64,000 nucleotides of DNA from the NCBI RefSeq assembly GCF_024223415.1, contig NZ_CP100500.1; one strand, written 5' to 3'. This stretch comes from Escherichia coli (GTDB lineage: Bacteria; Pseudomonadota; Gammaproteobacteria; Enterobacterales; Enterobacteriaceae). Below, piece by piece: positions 30,686 to 42,560 of the stretch (position 1 is the stretch's first letter; each line of letters starts with the position of its first letter). The notes below the pieces were generated by a model that was given only the letters and a program-made list of their open reading frames with translations, did no database searches and was not told the origin of the DNA. Made by a program: the position numbers and the translations under genes.

Positions 30686-31258
30686 TTAGTCAGCACGCCC
30701 CATATAACGGCGTTCTTCGATATGGATACGAATTTTTTCGCCCGGGCTTAAATATTCTGGTACCTGAATCACCAGACCAGTGCTCAATGTCGCCGGTTTG
30801 TTACGGGCGCTTGCAGATGCCCCTTTGATGCCTGGTGCGGTTTCAACGATTTCCAGATCAACGGTCTGCGGCAGCTCAAGCGCCAGCAGTTGACCGTCCC
30901 AGGTCAGCACCTGCATGTCCGGCATGCCGCCCTCTGGCATAAACAGCAACTCTTCTTCAATCTGATCTTTGGTGAAGGTATACGGGGTATAGTCTTCTTT
31001 ATCCATAAAGACATATTCGTTGCCATCGACATAGGAGAAGTCAACGTAACGGCGGGTCAGCGTCACGGTGTCAACGATATCATCACCTTTGAAACGCTCT
31101 TCTACTTTCAGCCCGGTACGGACATCAGAAAAACGCATTTTGTACAGCGTAGCGGCACCGCGGGCAGTGGGCGACTGAATATCAATGTCCTTAACCAGCA
31201 GCAGTTTGCCGTTGTAATTCAGTACCATACCTTTTTTAATTTCGTTCGCTCTTGGCAT
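30686..31258 (-). CDS. yeiP: Elongation factor P-like protein YeiP (190 aa)
   Basis: Translation from [20 protein letters not shown] matches E. coli YeiP; raw ORF extension trimmed. Confidence 0.9.
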
Positions 31259-31412
31259 CGAAAAATTCCTGTAGTCGAAAATGTCAAAAATATCGCGACA
31301 AAGTACTCGCGACGGGCCTTTCGGGCAAGTGGTATTCGCACTTTTGCTGGTGCAAAAAAGGTGGTACTGTGCGCGCTCATCAATCCGGTGGTTAACCTTA
31401 AGAGAACAACGT

Positions 31413-31667
31413 ATGGAATGCCGTCCGGGTTGCGGGGCGTGTTGCACTGCCCCTTCAATTTCCAGCCCTATTCCCGGTATGCCTGATGGCAAGCCCGCCA
31501 ATACTCCCTGCATTCAGCTTGATGAACAGCAACGCTGTAAAATTTTCACCTCGCCACTGCGGCCGAAAGTCTGTGCAGGCTTACAAGCCAGCGCTGAAAT
31601 GTGCGGTAACTCGCGTCAGCAGGCAATGACCTGGCTTATCGATCTGGAAATGCTGACCGCGCCTTAA
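31413..31667 (+). CDS. yeiW: Cys-rich small protein YeiW (84 aa)
   Basis: Translation from [11 protein letters not shown] matches E. coli YeiW; raw ORF extension trimmed. Confidence 0.8.
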
Positions 31668-32845
31668 ACATCTTTAATCCGCAGTAAGCAAAACAGAGTG
31701 GCGATAATCATCACCATCGCAAACCAGAACACAGCGTGATAATTCCAGATCTCGGCGACGATGCCCGCCACTGATCCTGCGATGATCCAGCCCACGCGCG
31801 ACGTGTTGGTATAGAGCGTGGTGGCTGAACCCGCTTGACCGGGCATCAGATCCTGAAAATAGAGCATCCCGATGCCGCCCAGAATGCCAATAAAAATAGC
31901 ATTTAGCAGCTGCAAGCCCAACAGAATGGCAGGTGAATGCGCCATCAGCATTCCTGCGTAAAAACAGACGCCACCCACGGCAGCAACGCGCATTAAGAAA
32001 CGCTTACCCAGACGTTTGGCAAAATATCCGGCAATCAACATGGTCGGGATTTCCAGCCCGGCGGCGGTCCCCATCATCACACCGGCCAGTTTCTCAGGAA
32101 GATGCAGTTCGTTGATAATAAATAGCGGCATGTTGATGATGTACAGGCTGTTCGAGCCCCACATCAATGTACAAATGACAAACAGCAGCAGCGTATCGCG
32201 ACGGTTACGGCGCGGCGCTTCAACCGTGCCGGTCGCCAGCGGAAGCTCTTTTTGCATCGACGGTAAAAACAGCCACACCATCACGCCGCAAACAATAAAC
32301 GCTACCGCTGCGCTCAGATACATTACCGTAAAGCTGAAACCCATCGCTAAGGCATAAGCCAGCGGTGGGCCAATGACCCATGCCAGTGAAACCTGAGCGC
32401 GTAAAAAAGAGCTGAACATCACCGCCTCACGTCCGGTTTTGTCGGCATGTTCACGGGCAAGGGCAAACATTTGCGGGTTAGCGGTCGAGCCAAAGCTGCT
32501 AAGAAAGACGCCAACGAATAGCAAAACAAAGTAGTTGCGATTCCAGGCAAAAAGGGTGCAGGTCAGCACGCCTAACAGGCAGCAAAAGACAATCAGCGAT
32601 TTGCGATCGCCGCGCTTATCAGAGCGCCCGGCGAGAAACTGACTCACCAGAATCCCAATGACAGCGCTGCCGGTAAAGAAGAATCCCACCATCGCCGGAC
32701 GGGCATGTACTTCATCGGTAAGAAAAATACTGAGTGTCGGGGTTTGCAGAGCGCCCGCAATACCGGTGAGAAAGGCAACGATTAAAAACGCCGTCGAGGT
32801 CAGGTCAAACGATTTCGCGCTGGAGACTGCGGGGGAGTTATGCAT
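31664..32845 (-). CDS. setB: Sugar efflux transporter SetB (393 aa)
   Basis: Translated ORF recognised as E. coli SetB; MFS membrane protein. Confidence 0.9.
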
Positions 32846-33112
32846 GCTGGTCGATCATTGGAAGAGGAAGACGCGGAGTTTACGCTGCTTGTCAGAAAAT
32901 AAACAGACAGCGAAATCAAAAGCGCCACGAATAATCAAAATGCCATTTCACTGTTGCTGATTGGCTGCTGACGCTGCTGAAATGAAATTGCTGATAACGG
33001 ATTTTCCCATCAGCAATTAGGAAAAATGACAAAAAATTGTGCAGCACATCAAACTTTTGCTCATAACTTTACGGCTTTCCTTGCGTGCTGAAACAGAAGT
33101 ACTATGCTTTCT

Positions 33113-33198
33113 TGAAACGTTTCAGCGCGATCTTGTCTTTAACCCTAAGCCAGGTTGGCGCTTTTTTTCTCATAGAAGCTGAATCGTTTCAATTCAGC
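33113..33198. promoter_or_regulatory. fruB promoter region with two Cra (FruR) operator-like palindromes
   Basis: TGAAACGTTTCAGC at 33113..33126 and GCTGAATCGTTTCAATTCAGC at 33178..33198, just upstream of the fruB ATG at 33213. Confidence 0.65.
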
Positions 33199-33212
33199 AA
33201 GAGAGGAGAACT

Positions 33213-34343
33213 ATGTTCCAGTTATCCGTACAGGACATCCATCCGGGCGAAAAGGCCGGAGACAAAGAAGAGGCGATTCGCCAGGTCGCTGCGGCGCTGG
33301 TGCAGGCCGGTAATGTAGCAGAAGGCTACGTCAATGGCATGCTGGCGCGCGAACAGCAAACCTCAACGTTCCTCGGCAATGGTATTGCTATTCCACACGG
33401 CACTACCGACACCCGCGATCAGGTGCTGAAAACCGGCGTTCAGGTATTTCAGTTCCCGGAAGGCGTCACCTGGGGTGACGGTCAGGTAGCGTACGTAGCG
33501 ATCGGTATTGCTGCCAGCTCGGATGAGCATCTGGGCCTGCTACGCCAGCTGACCCACGTACTGAGCGATGATTCCGTTGCTGAACAACTGAAGTCAGCAA
33601 CAACAGCAGAAGAACTTCGCGCATTGCTGATGGGCGAAAAGCAGAGTGAGCAGCTGAAGCTCGACAACGAAATGCTGACGCTGGATATCGTCGCCAGCGA
33701 TCTGCTGACTCTTCAGGCGCTGAACGCTGCGCGTCTGAAAGAAGCGGGGGCAGTTGACGCCACTTTCGTCACCAAAGCCATCAATGAACAACCGCTGAAC
33801 CTCGGACAGGGCATCTGGCTGAGCGATAGCGCCGAAGGCAATTTGCGTAGCGCGATTGCTGTAAGCCGTGCGGCAAATGCTTTTGATGTGGACGGCGAAA
33901 CGGCAGCCATGCTGGTGAGTGTGGCGATGAATGACGATCAGCCCATTGCGGTTCTTAAGCGTCTCGCTGATTTGTTGCTCGACAATAAAGCTGACCGCTT
34001 GCTGAAAGCGGATGCGGCAACGTTGCTGGCGCTGCTGACCAGCGATGATGCGCCGACCGACGACGTGTTAAGCGCGGAGTTTGTGGTGCGCAATGAACAC
34101 GGCCTGCATGCTCGTCCAGGTACCATGCTGGTCAACACCATTAAACAATTTAACAGTGATATTACCGTGACAAACCTTGATGGCACCGGCAAACCGGCAA
34201 ACGGACGTAGTCTGATGAAAGTTGTGGCACTTGGCGTTAAGAAAGGTCATCGCCTACGCTTTACCGCCCAGGGTGCAGATGCTGAACAGGCGCTGAAAGC
34301 AATCGGCGACGCTATCGCTGCTGGTCTTGGGGAGGGCGCATAA
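33213..34343 (+). CDS. fruB: Fructose PTS multiphosphoryl transfer protein FruB (376 aa)
   Basis: Translated ORF recognised as E. coli FruB. Confidence 0.9.
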
Positions 34344-35281
34344 TGAGCAGACGTGTTGCTACTATCACCCTTAATCCGGCTTATGACCTTGTTGGTTTCT
34401 GCCCGGAAATTGAACGCGGCGAAGTGAACCTGGTGAAAACCACCGGTCTGCATGCGGCGGGTAAAGGCATCAACGTGGCCAAAGTATTAAAAGACCTGGG
34501 AATTGATGTCACCGTTGGCGGCTTCCTCGGTAAAGACAATCAGGATGGTTTTCAGCAACTGTTCAGCGAGCTGGGCATTGCCAACCGTTTCCAGGTTGTA
34601 CAGGGGCGCACCCGAATTAACGTTAAGCTGACGGAAAAAGACGGCGAAGTGACCGACTTCAACTTCTCGGGTTTTGAAGTCACTCCCGCCGACTGGGAAC
34701 GCTTTGTGACTGATTCTCTGAGCTGGCTCGGTCAGTTCGATATGGTCTGTGTCAGCGGAAGCTTACCGTCAGGCGTCAGCCCGGAAGCGTTCACCGACTG
34801 GATGACTCGCCTGCGTAGTCAGTGCCCTTGCATTATCTTTGATAGTAGCCGTGAAGCGTTAGTAGCAGGTTTGAAAGCGGCACCGTGGCTGGTGAAACCT
34901 AACCGCCGCGAGCTGGAAATCTGGGCAGGCCGTAAACTGCCTGAAATGAAAGATGTGATTGAAGCTGCGCATGCGCTGCGTGAACAAGGTATTGCGCATG
35001 TCGTTATTTCACTGGGTGCCGAAGGCGCGCTTTGGGTTAATGCCTCCGGCGAATGGATCGCCAAACCACCGTCAGTCGATGTCGTAAGCACCGTTGGCGC
35101 AGGGGATTCTATGGTTGGTGGCCTGATTTATGGCTTGCTAATGCGTGAATCCAGTGAACACACACTGCGTCTGGCGACTGCTGTTGCAGCCCTGGCGGTA
35201 AGTCAAAGCAATGTGGGTATTACCGATCGTCCGCAGTTGGCCGCAATGATGGCGCGCGTCGACTTACAACCTTTTAACTGA
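34343..35281 (+). CDS. fruK: 1-phosphofructokinase FruK (312 aa)
   Basis: Translated ORF recognised as E. coli FruK (PfkB family); ATGA overlap with fruB. Confidence 0.9.
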   Translation: MSRRVATITLNPAYDLVGFCPEIERGEVNLVKTTGLHAAGKGINVAKVLKDLGIDVTVGGFLGKDNQDGFQQLFSELGIANRFQVVQGRTRINVKLTEKDGEVTDFNFSGFEVTPADWERFVTDSLSWLGQFDMVCVSGSLPSGVSPEAFTDWMTRLRSQCPCIIFDSSREALVAGLKAAPWLVKPNRRELEIWAGRKLPEMKDVIEAAHALREQGIAHVVISLGAEGALWVNASGEWIAKPPSVDVVSTVGAGDSMVGGLIYGLLMRESSEHTLRLATAVAALAVSQSNVGITDRPQLAAMMARVDLQPFN

Positions 35282-35297
35282 CAGCAGGAGAGGCATA

Positions 35298-36989
35298 ATG
35301 AAAACGCTGCTGATTATTGACGCTAATCTCGGTCAGGCACGCGCCTATATGGCGAAGACCCTGCTGGGCGCGGCGGCGCGAAAAGCAAAACTGGAAATCA
35401 TCGACAATCCGAACGACGCAGAAATGGCGATTGTTCTCGGTGATTCCATCCCGAATGACAGCGCGCTGAACGGTAAAAATGTCTGGCTGGGCGATATTTC
35501 CCGGGCAGTTGCGCACCCTGAGCTGTTCCTGAGTGAAGCCAAAGGCCATGCGAAACCTTACACTGCGCCGGTCGCTGCGACAGCACCGGTTGCCGCCAGC
35601 GGTCCGAAACGCGTAGTTGCGGTGACTGCTTGCCCGACTGGCGTAGCACACACCTTTATGGCGGCTGAAGCCATTGAAACCGAAGCGAAAAAACGTGGCT
35701 GGTGGGTGAAAGTTGAAACCTGTGGTTCTGTTGGTGCGGGTAATGCAATCACCCCCGAAGAAGTAGCCGCAGCGGATCTGGTGATTGTGGCGGCAGATAT
35801 CGAAGTGGATCTGGCGAAATTTGCTGGTAAACCGATGTATCGTACCTCTACTGGTCTGGCGCTGAAGAAAACCGCGCAGGAACTGGATAAAGCGGTTGCT
35901 GAAGCAACGCCGTATGAACCGGCGGGCAAAGCTCAAACGGCGACCTCTGAAGGTAAGAAAGAGAGTGCAGGCGCATACCGTCACTTGCTGACGGGTGTCT
36001 CTTACATGCTGCCGATGGTCGTTGCAGGTGGTCTGTGTATCGCGCTTTCTTTTGCTTTTGGTATCGAAGCGTTTAAAGAGCCGGGTACGTTGGCAGCGGC
36101 GCTGATGCAGATTGGTGGTGGTTCAGCCTTTGCGCTGATGGTGCCGGTACTGGCAGGTTATATTGCCTTCTCCATTGCCGATCGTCCGGGTCTCACGCCG
36201 GGTCTGATTGGCGGTATGCTGGCGGTCAGCACCGGTTCTGGCTTCATTGGCGGTATTATTGCGGGCTTCCTGGCTGGTTACATTGCGAAGTTAATCAGTA
36301 CGCAACTGAAACTGCCACAGAGTATGGAGGCGCTGAAACCGATCCTGATCATTCCGCTAATTTCCAGTCTGGTGGTCGGTCTGGCGATGATCTACCTGAT
36401 CGGTAAACCGGTTGCTGGCATTCTCGAAGGGTTGACTCACTGGCTGCAGACCATGGGGACTGCGAATGCGGTTCTGCTGGGGGCGATCCTCGGTGGCATG
36501 ATGTGTACTGACATGGGCGGTCCGGTAAATAAAGCAGCGTACGCATTCGGTGTGGGTCTGCTGAGTACTCAAACCTATGGCCCGATGGCGGCGATTATGG
36601 CGGCAGGTATGGTGCCACCGCTGGCAATGGGTCTGGCAACAATGGTGGCGCGTCGCAAATTTGACAAAGCGCAGCAGGAAGGTGGCAAAGCCGCTCTGGT
36701 TCTTGGTCTGTGCTTTATTTCGGAAGGTGCAATTCCGTTTGCTGCTCGTGATCCGATGCGTGTGCTGCCGTGCTGTATCGTGGGTGGGGCGCTGACTGGC
36801 GCAATCTCAATGGCGATTGGTGCGAAACTGATGGCACCGCACGGTGGTCTGTTTGTTCTGCTGATCCCTGGCGCTATTACGCCGGTACTGGGTTACCTGG
36901 TAGCAATTATTGCCGGTACGCTGGTGGCGGGTTTGGCCTATGCCTTCCTGAAACGTCCGGAAGTGGACGCAGTAGCGAAAGCCGCGTAA
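35298..36989 (+). CDS. fruA: Fructose PTS EIIB'BC component FruA (563 aa)
   Basis: Translated ORF recognised as E. coli FruA. Confidence 0.9.
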   Translation: MKTLLIIDANLGQARAYMAKTLLGAAARKAKLEIIDNPNDAEMAIVLGDSIPNDSALNGKNVWLGDISRAVAHPELFLSEAKGHAKPYTAPVAATAPVAASGPKRVVAVTACPTGVAHTFMAAEAIETEAKKRGWWVKVETCGSVGAGNAITPEEVAAADLVIVAADIEVDLAKFAGKPMYRTSTGLALKKTAQELDKAVAEATPYEPAGKAQTATSEGKKESAGAYRHLLTGVSYMLPMVVAGGLCIALSFAFGIEAFKEPGTLAAALMQIGGGSAFALMVPVLAGYIAFSIADRPGLTPGLIGGMLAVSTGSGFIGGIIAGFLAGYIAKLISTQLKLPQSMEALKPILIIPLISSLVVGLAMIYLIGKPVAGILEGLTHWLQTMGTANAVLLGAILGGMMCTDMGGPVNKAAYAFGVGLLSTQTYGPMAAIMAAGMVPPLAMGLATMVARRKFDKAQQEGGKAALVLGLCFISEGAIPFAARDPMRVLPCCIVGGALTGAISMAIGAKLMAPHGGLFVLLIPGAITPVLGYLVAIIAGTLVAGLAYAFLKRPEVDAVAKAA

Positions 36990-36999
36990 TAAAAGGTGT

Positions 37000-37032
37000 G
37001 TTACAGGGCAGAAATTTACTGCCCTGTATCAT
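37000..37032 (+). terminator. Hairpin downstream of fruA (probable terminator)
   Basis: Stem cagggcag/ctgccctg directly after the fruA stop; weak T tract. Confidence 0.45.
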
Positions 37033-37412
37033 TGGATGAGCGCAAAGAGAATGACCGGTTTGTGAATGTAATTTTATGAATTTAAATGGTTTTATCTTTC
37101 AGTAGAAACCTGAAACGTTCATCAAACACTAAGGTTATTTCCTCAAGGGCAGATTCTTTTCTGCCCTTTTTTAGTGTTCATGTTCTGTGCATCCCGTCAC
37201 AAATTCCTCGCTTTTGTAATTCAGGCATTTAATCGCATTTTGTGAGCCTGCTCAAATCTGCCCGCTTTGCCTCTCTGGCGGCAATTTACTTTACGTAAAA
37301 CATGCATACTATGAGCACATGTTTAAATATGAACACATGTTTAAACCGTCTTTGCAGTATCTATATCCTTGTGGATTGACAGGGTTGGTAATTTTTTACC
37401 AGAGGACGTGCT

Positions 37413-38354
37413 ATGCGCGAAAAGGATTATGTCGTAATTATAGGTTCGGCGAATATTGATGTCGCCGGATATTCACATGAATCATTAAATTATGCGGATT
37501 CAAATCCAGGTAAAATAAAATTTACACCTGGTGGAGTAGGGCGAAATATTGCACAAAACCTGGCGTTGCTGGGTAACAAAGCCTGGCTACTGAGCGCAGT
37601 AGGTAGTGATTTTTATGGTCAATCGCTGCTAACGCAAACCAATCAATCTGGCGTTTATGTCGATAAATGCCTGATTGTGCTGGGAGAAAATACGTCGAGT
37701 TATTTATCATTACTCGATAATACCGGTGAAATGCTGGTTGCTATAAATGACATGAATATTAGCAACGCTATTACAGCTGAATATCTCGCACAACACCGTG
37801 AATTTATTCAGAGGGCAAAGGTCATTGTCGCGGACTGTAATATCAGTGAAGAGGCACTGGCATGGATTCTGGATAATGCCGCCAACGTACCCGTATTTGT
37901 CGATCCGGTTTCAGCGTGGAAATGTGTCAAAGTGCACGACCGTCTAAATCAGATCCACACTCTGAAGCCAAACCGCCTTGAAGCGGAAACCCTGAGTGGG
38001 ATAGCGCTGTCAGGGCGTGAAGATGTGGCAAAGGTTGCCGCCTGGTTCCATCAACATGGCCTGAACCGACTGGTATTGAGCATGGGCGGCGATGGCGTTT
38101 ATTACAGTGAAATCAGCGGTGAAAGTGGCTGGTCTGCCTCGATCAAAACCAATGTTATTAATGTTACCGGAGCGGGCGATGCCATGATGGCGGGACTTGC
38201 TTCGTGTTGGGTAGACGGAATGCCGTTTGCCGAATCTGTTCGTTTCGCACAGGGATGTTCGTCAATGGCGCTCTCCTGTGAATACACCAATAACCCCGAT
38301 TTATCGATTGCCAACGTTATATCGTTAGTGGAGAACGCAGAATGTCTGAATTAA
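37413..38354 (+). CDS. psuK: Pseudouridine kinase PsuK/YeiC (313 aa)
   Basis: Translated ORF recognised as E. coli YeiC; PfkB-family kinase motifs. Confidence 0.9.
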   Translation: MREKDYVVIIGSANIDVAGYSHESLNYADSNPGKIKFTPGGVGRNIAQNLALLGNKAWLLSAVGSDFYGQSLLTQTNQSGVYVDKCLIVLGENTSSYLSLLDNTGEMLVAINDMNISNAITAEYLAQHREFIQRAKVIVADCNISEEALAWILDNAANVPVFVDPVSAWKCVKVHDRLNQIHTLKPNRLEAETLSGIALSGREDVAKVAAWFHQHGLNRLVLSMGGDGVYYSEISGESGWSASIKTNVINVTGAGDAMMAGLASCWVDGMPFAESVRFAQGCSSMALSCEYTNNPDLSIANVISLVENAECLN

Positions 38355-39280
38355 AAATTTCCCCTGAATTATTACAAATTTCCCCGGAAGTGCAGGACGC
38401 TTTAAAAAACAAAAAACCGGTTGTGGCGCTGGAATCGACCATTATTTCTCACGGGATGCCGTTCCCACAAAATGCCCAGACCGCAATTGAAGTTGAAGAA
38501 ACTATTCGTAAACAGGGCGCAGTACCTGCCACTATCGCCATTATTGGTGGCGTGATGAAAGTGGGTTTAAGCAAAGATGAAATTGAATTACTGGGTCGTG
38601 AAGGGCATAACGTGACCAAAGTTAGTCGTCGCGATTTACCTTTTGTTGTTGCCGCCGGAAAAAATGGCGCAACCACTGTGGCTTCAACGATGATTATTGC
38701 GGCGCTTGCCGGAATTAAAGTATTTGCCACCGGGGGAATTGGTGGTGTTCATCGCGGGGCGGAACATACCTTCGATATTTCTGCCGATTTGCAAGAACTG
38801 GCAAATACTAATGTCACCGTTGTTTGTGCCGGGGCGAAATCTATTCTCGATTTAGGATTAACCACTGAGTATTTAGAAACCTTCGGTGTGCCGTTAATTG
38901 GCTATCAGACTAAAGCGCTGCCTGCGTTTTTCTGCCGCACCAGCCCATTTGAAGTCAGTATTCGCCTTGATAGTGCCACGGAAATCGCTCGTGCAATGGC
39001 AGTGAAATGGCAAACCGGTTTGAACGGTGGTCTGGTAGTGGCGAATCCGATCCCGGAACAGTTTGCGATGCCGGAGGAATCTATCAATGCAGCCATAGAT
39101 CAAGCCGTCGCCGAAGCCGAAGAGCAGGGCGTTATTGGTAAAGAAAGTACACCGTTCCTGCTGGCGCGTGTTGCTGAACTGACCGGCGGTGACAGCCTGA
39201 AATCCAACATCCAACTGGTGTTCAACAACGCCATTCTGGCGAGCGAAATTGCCAAAGAATACCAGCGTCTCGCGGGTTAA
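38342..39280 (+). CDS. psuG: Pseudouridine-5'-phosphate glycosidase PsuG/YeiN (312 aa)
   Basis: Translated ORF recognised as E. coli YeiN. Confidence 0.9.
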   Translation: MSELKISPELLQISPEVQDALKNKKPVVALESTIISHGMPFPQNAQTAIEVEETIRKQGAVPATIAIIGGVMKVGLSKDEIELLGREGHNVTKVSRRDLPFVVAAGKNGATTVASTMIIAALAGIKVFATGGIGGVHRGAEHTFDISADLQELANTNVTVVCAGAKSILDLGLTTEYLETFGVPLIGYQTKALPAFFCRTSPFEVSIRLDSATEIARAMAVKWQTGLNGGLVVANPIPEQFAMPEESINAAIDQAVAEAEEQGVIGKESTPFLLARVAELTGGDSLKSNIQLVFNNAILASEIAKEYQRLAG

Positions 39281-39373
39281 TTTCTGACGGGCAGAAAGCC
39301 GTCGCCCGTACTGATCATACATACCGAAACCTGGCGCTGACGCCGGGTTTACTGGCATGAAGGGAAAATCATT

Positions 39374-40624
39374 ATGGATATAATGAGAAGTGTTGTGGGG
39401 ATGGTGGTGTTACTGGCAATAGCATTTCTGTTGTCGGTAAATAAAAAGAGCATCAGTTTGCGCACGGTTGGAGCCGCACTGCTGCTGCAAATCGCTATTG
39501 GTGGCATCATGCTCTATTTTCCGCCGGGAAAATGGGCAGTAGAACAGGCGGCATTAGGCGTTCATAAAGTGATGTCTTACAGTGATGCCGGTAGCGCCTT
39601 CATTTTTGGTTCGCTGGTCGGGCCGAAAATGGATGTCTTGTTCGACGGTGCAGGCTTTATCTTCGCCTTTCGCGTACTTCCGGCGATTATCTTCGTCACT
39701 GCGCTTATCAGCCTGCTGTACTACATTGGCGTAATGGGACTGCTAATTCGTATTCTTGGCAGCATTTTCCAGAAAGCTCTTAACATCAGCAAAATCGAGT
39801 CTTTTGTTGCGGTTACCACTATTTTCCTCGGGCAGAACGAGATCCCGGCGATCGTTAAACCGTTTATCGATCGCATGAATCGCAACGAGCTGTTTACCGC
39901 AATTTGTAGCGGGATGGCATCCATTGCCGGTTCGATGATGATTGGTTACGCCGGAATGGGCGTGCCGATTGACTACCTGTTAGCGGCATCGCTGATGGCT
40001 ATCCCAGGCGGTATTTTGTTTGCACGTATTCTTAGCCCAGCAACCGAGCCTTCGCAGGTCACGTTTGAAAATCTGTCGTTCAGCGAAATGCCGCCAAAAA
40101 GCTTTATCGAAGCAGCGGCGAGCGGTGCGATGACCGGGCTGAAAATCGCCGCCGGTGTGGCGACGGTGGTCATGGCGTTTGTCGCAATTATTGCGCTGAT
40201 TAATGGCATTATTGGCGGAATTGGCGGCTGGTTTGGTTTTGCCAATGCCTCTCTGGAAAGTATTTTTGGCTATGTGCTGGCACCGCTGGCGTGGATCATG
40301 GGTGTGGACTGGAGTGATGCCAACCTTGCGGGTAGCCTGATTGGGCAGAAACTGGCGATTAACGAATTCGTCGCTTACCTGAGTTTCTCCCCATACCTGC
40401 AAACGGGCGGCACGCTGGAAGTGAAAACCATTGCGATTATCTCCTTTGCGCTTTGTGGTTTTGCTAACTTTGGTTCTATCGGTGTTGTCGTTGGGGCATT
40501 TTCGGCTATTTCGCCAAAACGTGCTCCGGAAATCGCCCAGCTTGGTTTACGGGCGCTGGCAGCAGCAACGCTTTCCAACCTGATGAGCGCGACCATTGCC
40601 GGGTTCTTTATTGGTTTAGCTTGA
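39374..40624 (+). CDS. psuT: NupC-family nucleoside transporter PsuT/YeiM (416 aa)
   Basis: Translated ORF recognised as E. coli YeiM; close paralog of nupX further right. Confidence 0.9.
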   Translation: MDIMRSVVGMVVLLAIAFLLSVNKKSISLRTVGAALLLQIAIGGIMLYFPPGKWAVEQAALGVHKVMSYSDAGSAFIFGSLVGPKMDVLFDGAGFIFAFRVLPAIIFVTALISLLYYIGVMGLLIRILGSIFQKALNISKIESFVAVTTIFLGQNEIPAIVKPFIDRMNRNELFTAICSGMASIAGSMMIGYAGMGVPIDYLLAASLMAIPGGILFARILSPATEPSQVTFENLSFSEMPPKSFIEAAASGAMTGLKIAAGVATVVMAFVAIIALINGIIGGIGGWFGFANASLESIFGYVLAPLAWIMGVDWSDANLAGSLIGQKLAINEFVAYLSFSPYLQTGGTLEVKTIAIISFALCGFANFGSIGVVVGAFSAISPKRAPEIAQLGLRALAAATLSNLMSATIAGFFIGLA

Positions 40625-40691
40625 GTTTCATTGCCGGATGTACTCGCTTATTAAGCGTTGCATCCGGCAATCGCGCTATTGCAAATAATTT

Positions 40692-41351
40692 TTACTGCAT
40701 CATCCCGGAGAATTTATTCTCCGGGTCCATCTCCAGCGCCAGTCCTGACAACTGCTTTCTGTTTTTAATGAGATATCCTTTCTTGCTTTTAATTAATAAA
40801 CCGTCGTGAATGAATTGCGCGAGAACATATAAAAGATGTCGATAAGAAACGCCTAAATACTCTGCCGCTTGCGTATGCTTTTCGTGATAAAGATCACCTT
40901 CTTGTGAGAGTAATATAAATGCTGCCAGGCGATTCACTAACGGAAATGATTGATTCTGAGTTAAAGAAACAATATTACGATAATTTTTATGACTTAAGGT
41001 GACGCAAAGTTTTCGTAAAAATAGGGTGTCGTTTAATAACAGCGGACGGTAATGTTTCATAGGGAGCGCAAGGCACCAACACTCTTCAATCGCCTGTACT
41101 GCACGTGGTTCATGGTCTTTATCGATTAACTCAATCTCGCCAATAAAACAGGGGGCGGCAAAGAAATCGATCAGCGACACGCAACCATTAGCTAGCGTGG
41201 CGTAAAGCCTGGCGCGGCCTCGCGTCAGGTAAAACAGCCAGGACGGCTGTTGCCCTTCCTGCACAATGTAGTCACGCGCTAAAAAATGAAACAGCCGCGT
41301 ATCGGCTGAAACATCCGTTAAAAAGCAATCCTTAAACGCGGATTCACTCAT
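40692..41351 (-). CDS. yeiL: Crp/Fnr-family regulator YeiL (about 219 aa)
   Basis: Translated ORF recognised as E. coli YeiL; C-terminal HTH. Confidence 0.85.
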   Translation of the reverse strand: MSESAFKDCFLTDVSADTRLFHFLARDYIVQEGQQPSWLFYLTRGRARLYATLANGCVSLIDFFAAPCFIGEIELIDKDHEPRAVQAIEECWCLALPMKHYRPLLLNDTLFLRKLCVTLSHKNYRNIVSLTQNQSFPLVNRLAAFILLSQEGDLYHEKHTQAAEYLGVSYRHLLYVLAQFIHDGLLIKSKKGYLIKNRKQLSGLALEMDPENKFSGMMQ

Positions 41352-41519
41352 CAATTGCTGCTTAAGATCATTATTGTGGATTTCTTTCACGATGTTTATC
41401 CGCTATGAGATTTCTCATATTTAGCATACGTACGCTGTTGTTAAGATTCAATCATCGGCCCGGTCGAATTTTCTTTGCTGTAGAAAAAATAACGCAACTG
41501 GAAACAGAGGAAATAAACA

Positions 41520-42461
41520 ATGGAAAAGAGAAAAATTATTCTGGATTGTGATCCGGGTCATGATGATGCTATTGCAATGATGATGGCAGCGAAACATCCG
41601 GCAATAGATTTATTAGGCATCACTATTGTAGCGGGTAATCAGACGCTTGATAAAACATTAATTAATGGCCTGAATGTTTGCCAGAAACTGGAGATTAATG
41701 TTCCGGTTTATGCGGGGATGCCGCAACCCATTATGCGTCAACAAATCGTTGCCGATAATATTCACGGTGAAACCGGACTGGATGGCCCGGTATTCGAGCC
41801 GCTGACCCGCCAGGCAGAAAGTACCCACGCGGTGAAATACATCATTGATACCCTGATGGCAAGCGATGGCGATATCACTCTGGTGCCGGTTGGTCCGTTG
41901 TCAAATATCGCGGTGGCAATGCGTATGCAACCCGCAATCCTGCCCAAAATCCGTGAAATTGTGCTAATGGGCGGCGCTTACGGTACAGGCAACTTCACGC
42001 CATCTGCCGAGTTCAACATCTTTGCTGACCCGGAAGCCGCACGCGTGGTGTTCACCTCCGGCGTTCCATTAGTGATGATGGGCCTCGATCTTACCAACCA
42101 GACCGTTTGCACCCCGGACGTAATTGCTCGGATGGAAAGGGCAGGCGGCCCTGCCGGAGAGCTATTCAGCGACATCATGAACTTCACTCTCAAAACGCAG
42201 TTCGAAAACTACGGCCTGGCTGGCGGCCCGGTGCACGACGCCACCTGCATCGGTTATCTGATTAACCCTGATGGCATTAAAACCCAGGAGATGTACGTCG
42301 AAGTGGACGTCAACAGTGGCCCTTGTTATGGGCGTACCGTCTGCGACGAGCTGGGCGTTCTTGGCAAGCCCGCTAATACCAAAGTCGGCATCACTATTGA
42401 TACCGACTGGTTCTGGGGCTTAGTCGAAGAGTGCGTGCGCGGCTACATCAAAACCCATTAA
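41520..42461 (+). CDS. rihB: Pyrimidine-specific ribonucleoside hydrolase RihB/YeiK (313 aa)
   Basis: N-terminal DCDPGHDDA nucleoside-hydrolase motif; recognised as E. coli RihB. Confidence 0.9.
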   Translation: MEKRKIILDCDPGHDDAIAMMMAAKHPAIDLLGITIVAGNQTLDKTLINGLNVCQKLEINVPVYAGMPQPIMRQQIVADNIHGETGLDGPVFEPLTRQAESTHAVKYIIDTLMASDGDITLVPVGPLSNIAVAMRMQPAILPKIREIVLMGGAYGTGNFTPSAEFNIFADPEAARVVFTSGVPLVMMGLDLTNQTVCTPDVIARMERAGGPAGELFSDIMNFTLKTQFENYGLAGGPVHDATCIGYLINPDGIKTQEMYVEVDVNSGPCYGRTVCDELGVLGKPANTKVGITIDTDWFWGLVEECVRGYIKTH

Positions 42462-42560
42462 GTGTTGATAACAAGCCGGGCCGGTATCGCAAGATGCAGG
42501 CCTGGCTATTTCTGAGGGGCAGAAAGCCGTCGCCCAATATGACATGAAGAGATAATAACT

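Noticed and set aside
30890-31486. 198-aa plus-strand ORF
   Set aside because: Antisense to yeiP and its upstream region.
35274-35984. 236-aa minus-strand ORF
   Set aside because: Lies entirely antisense within fruA; Cys/Arg-rich, non-protein-like translation.
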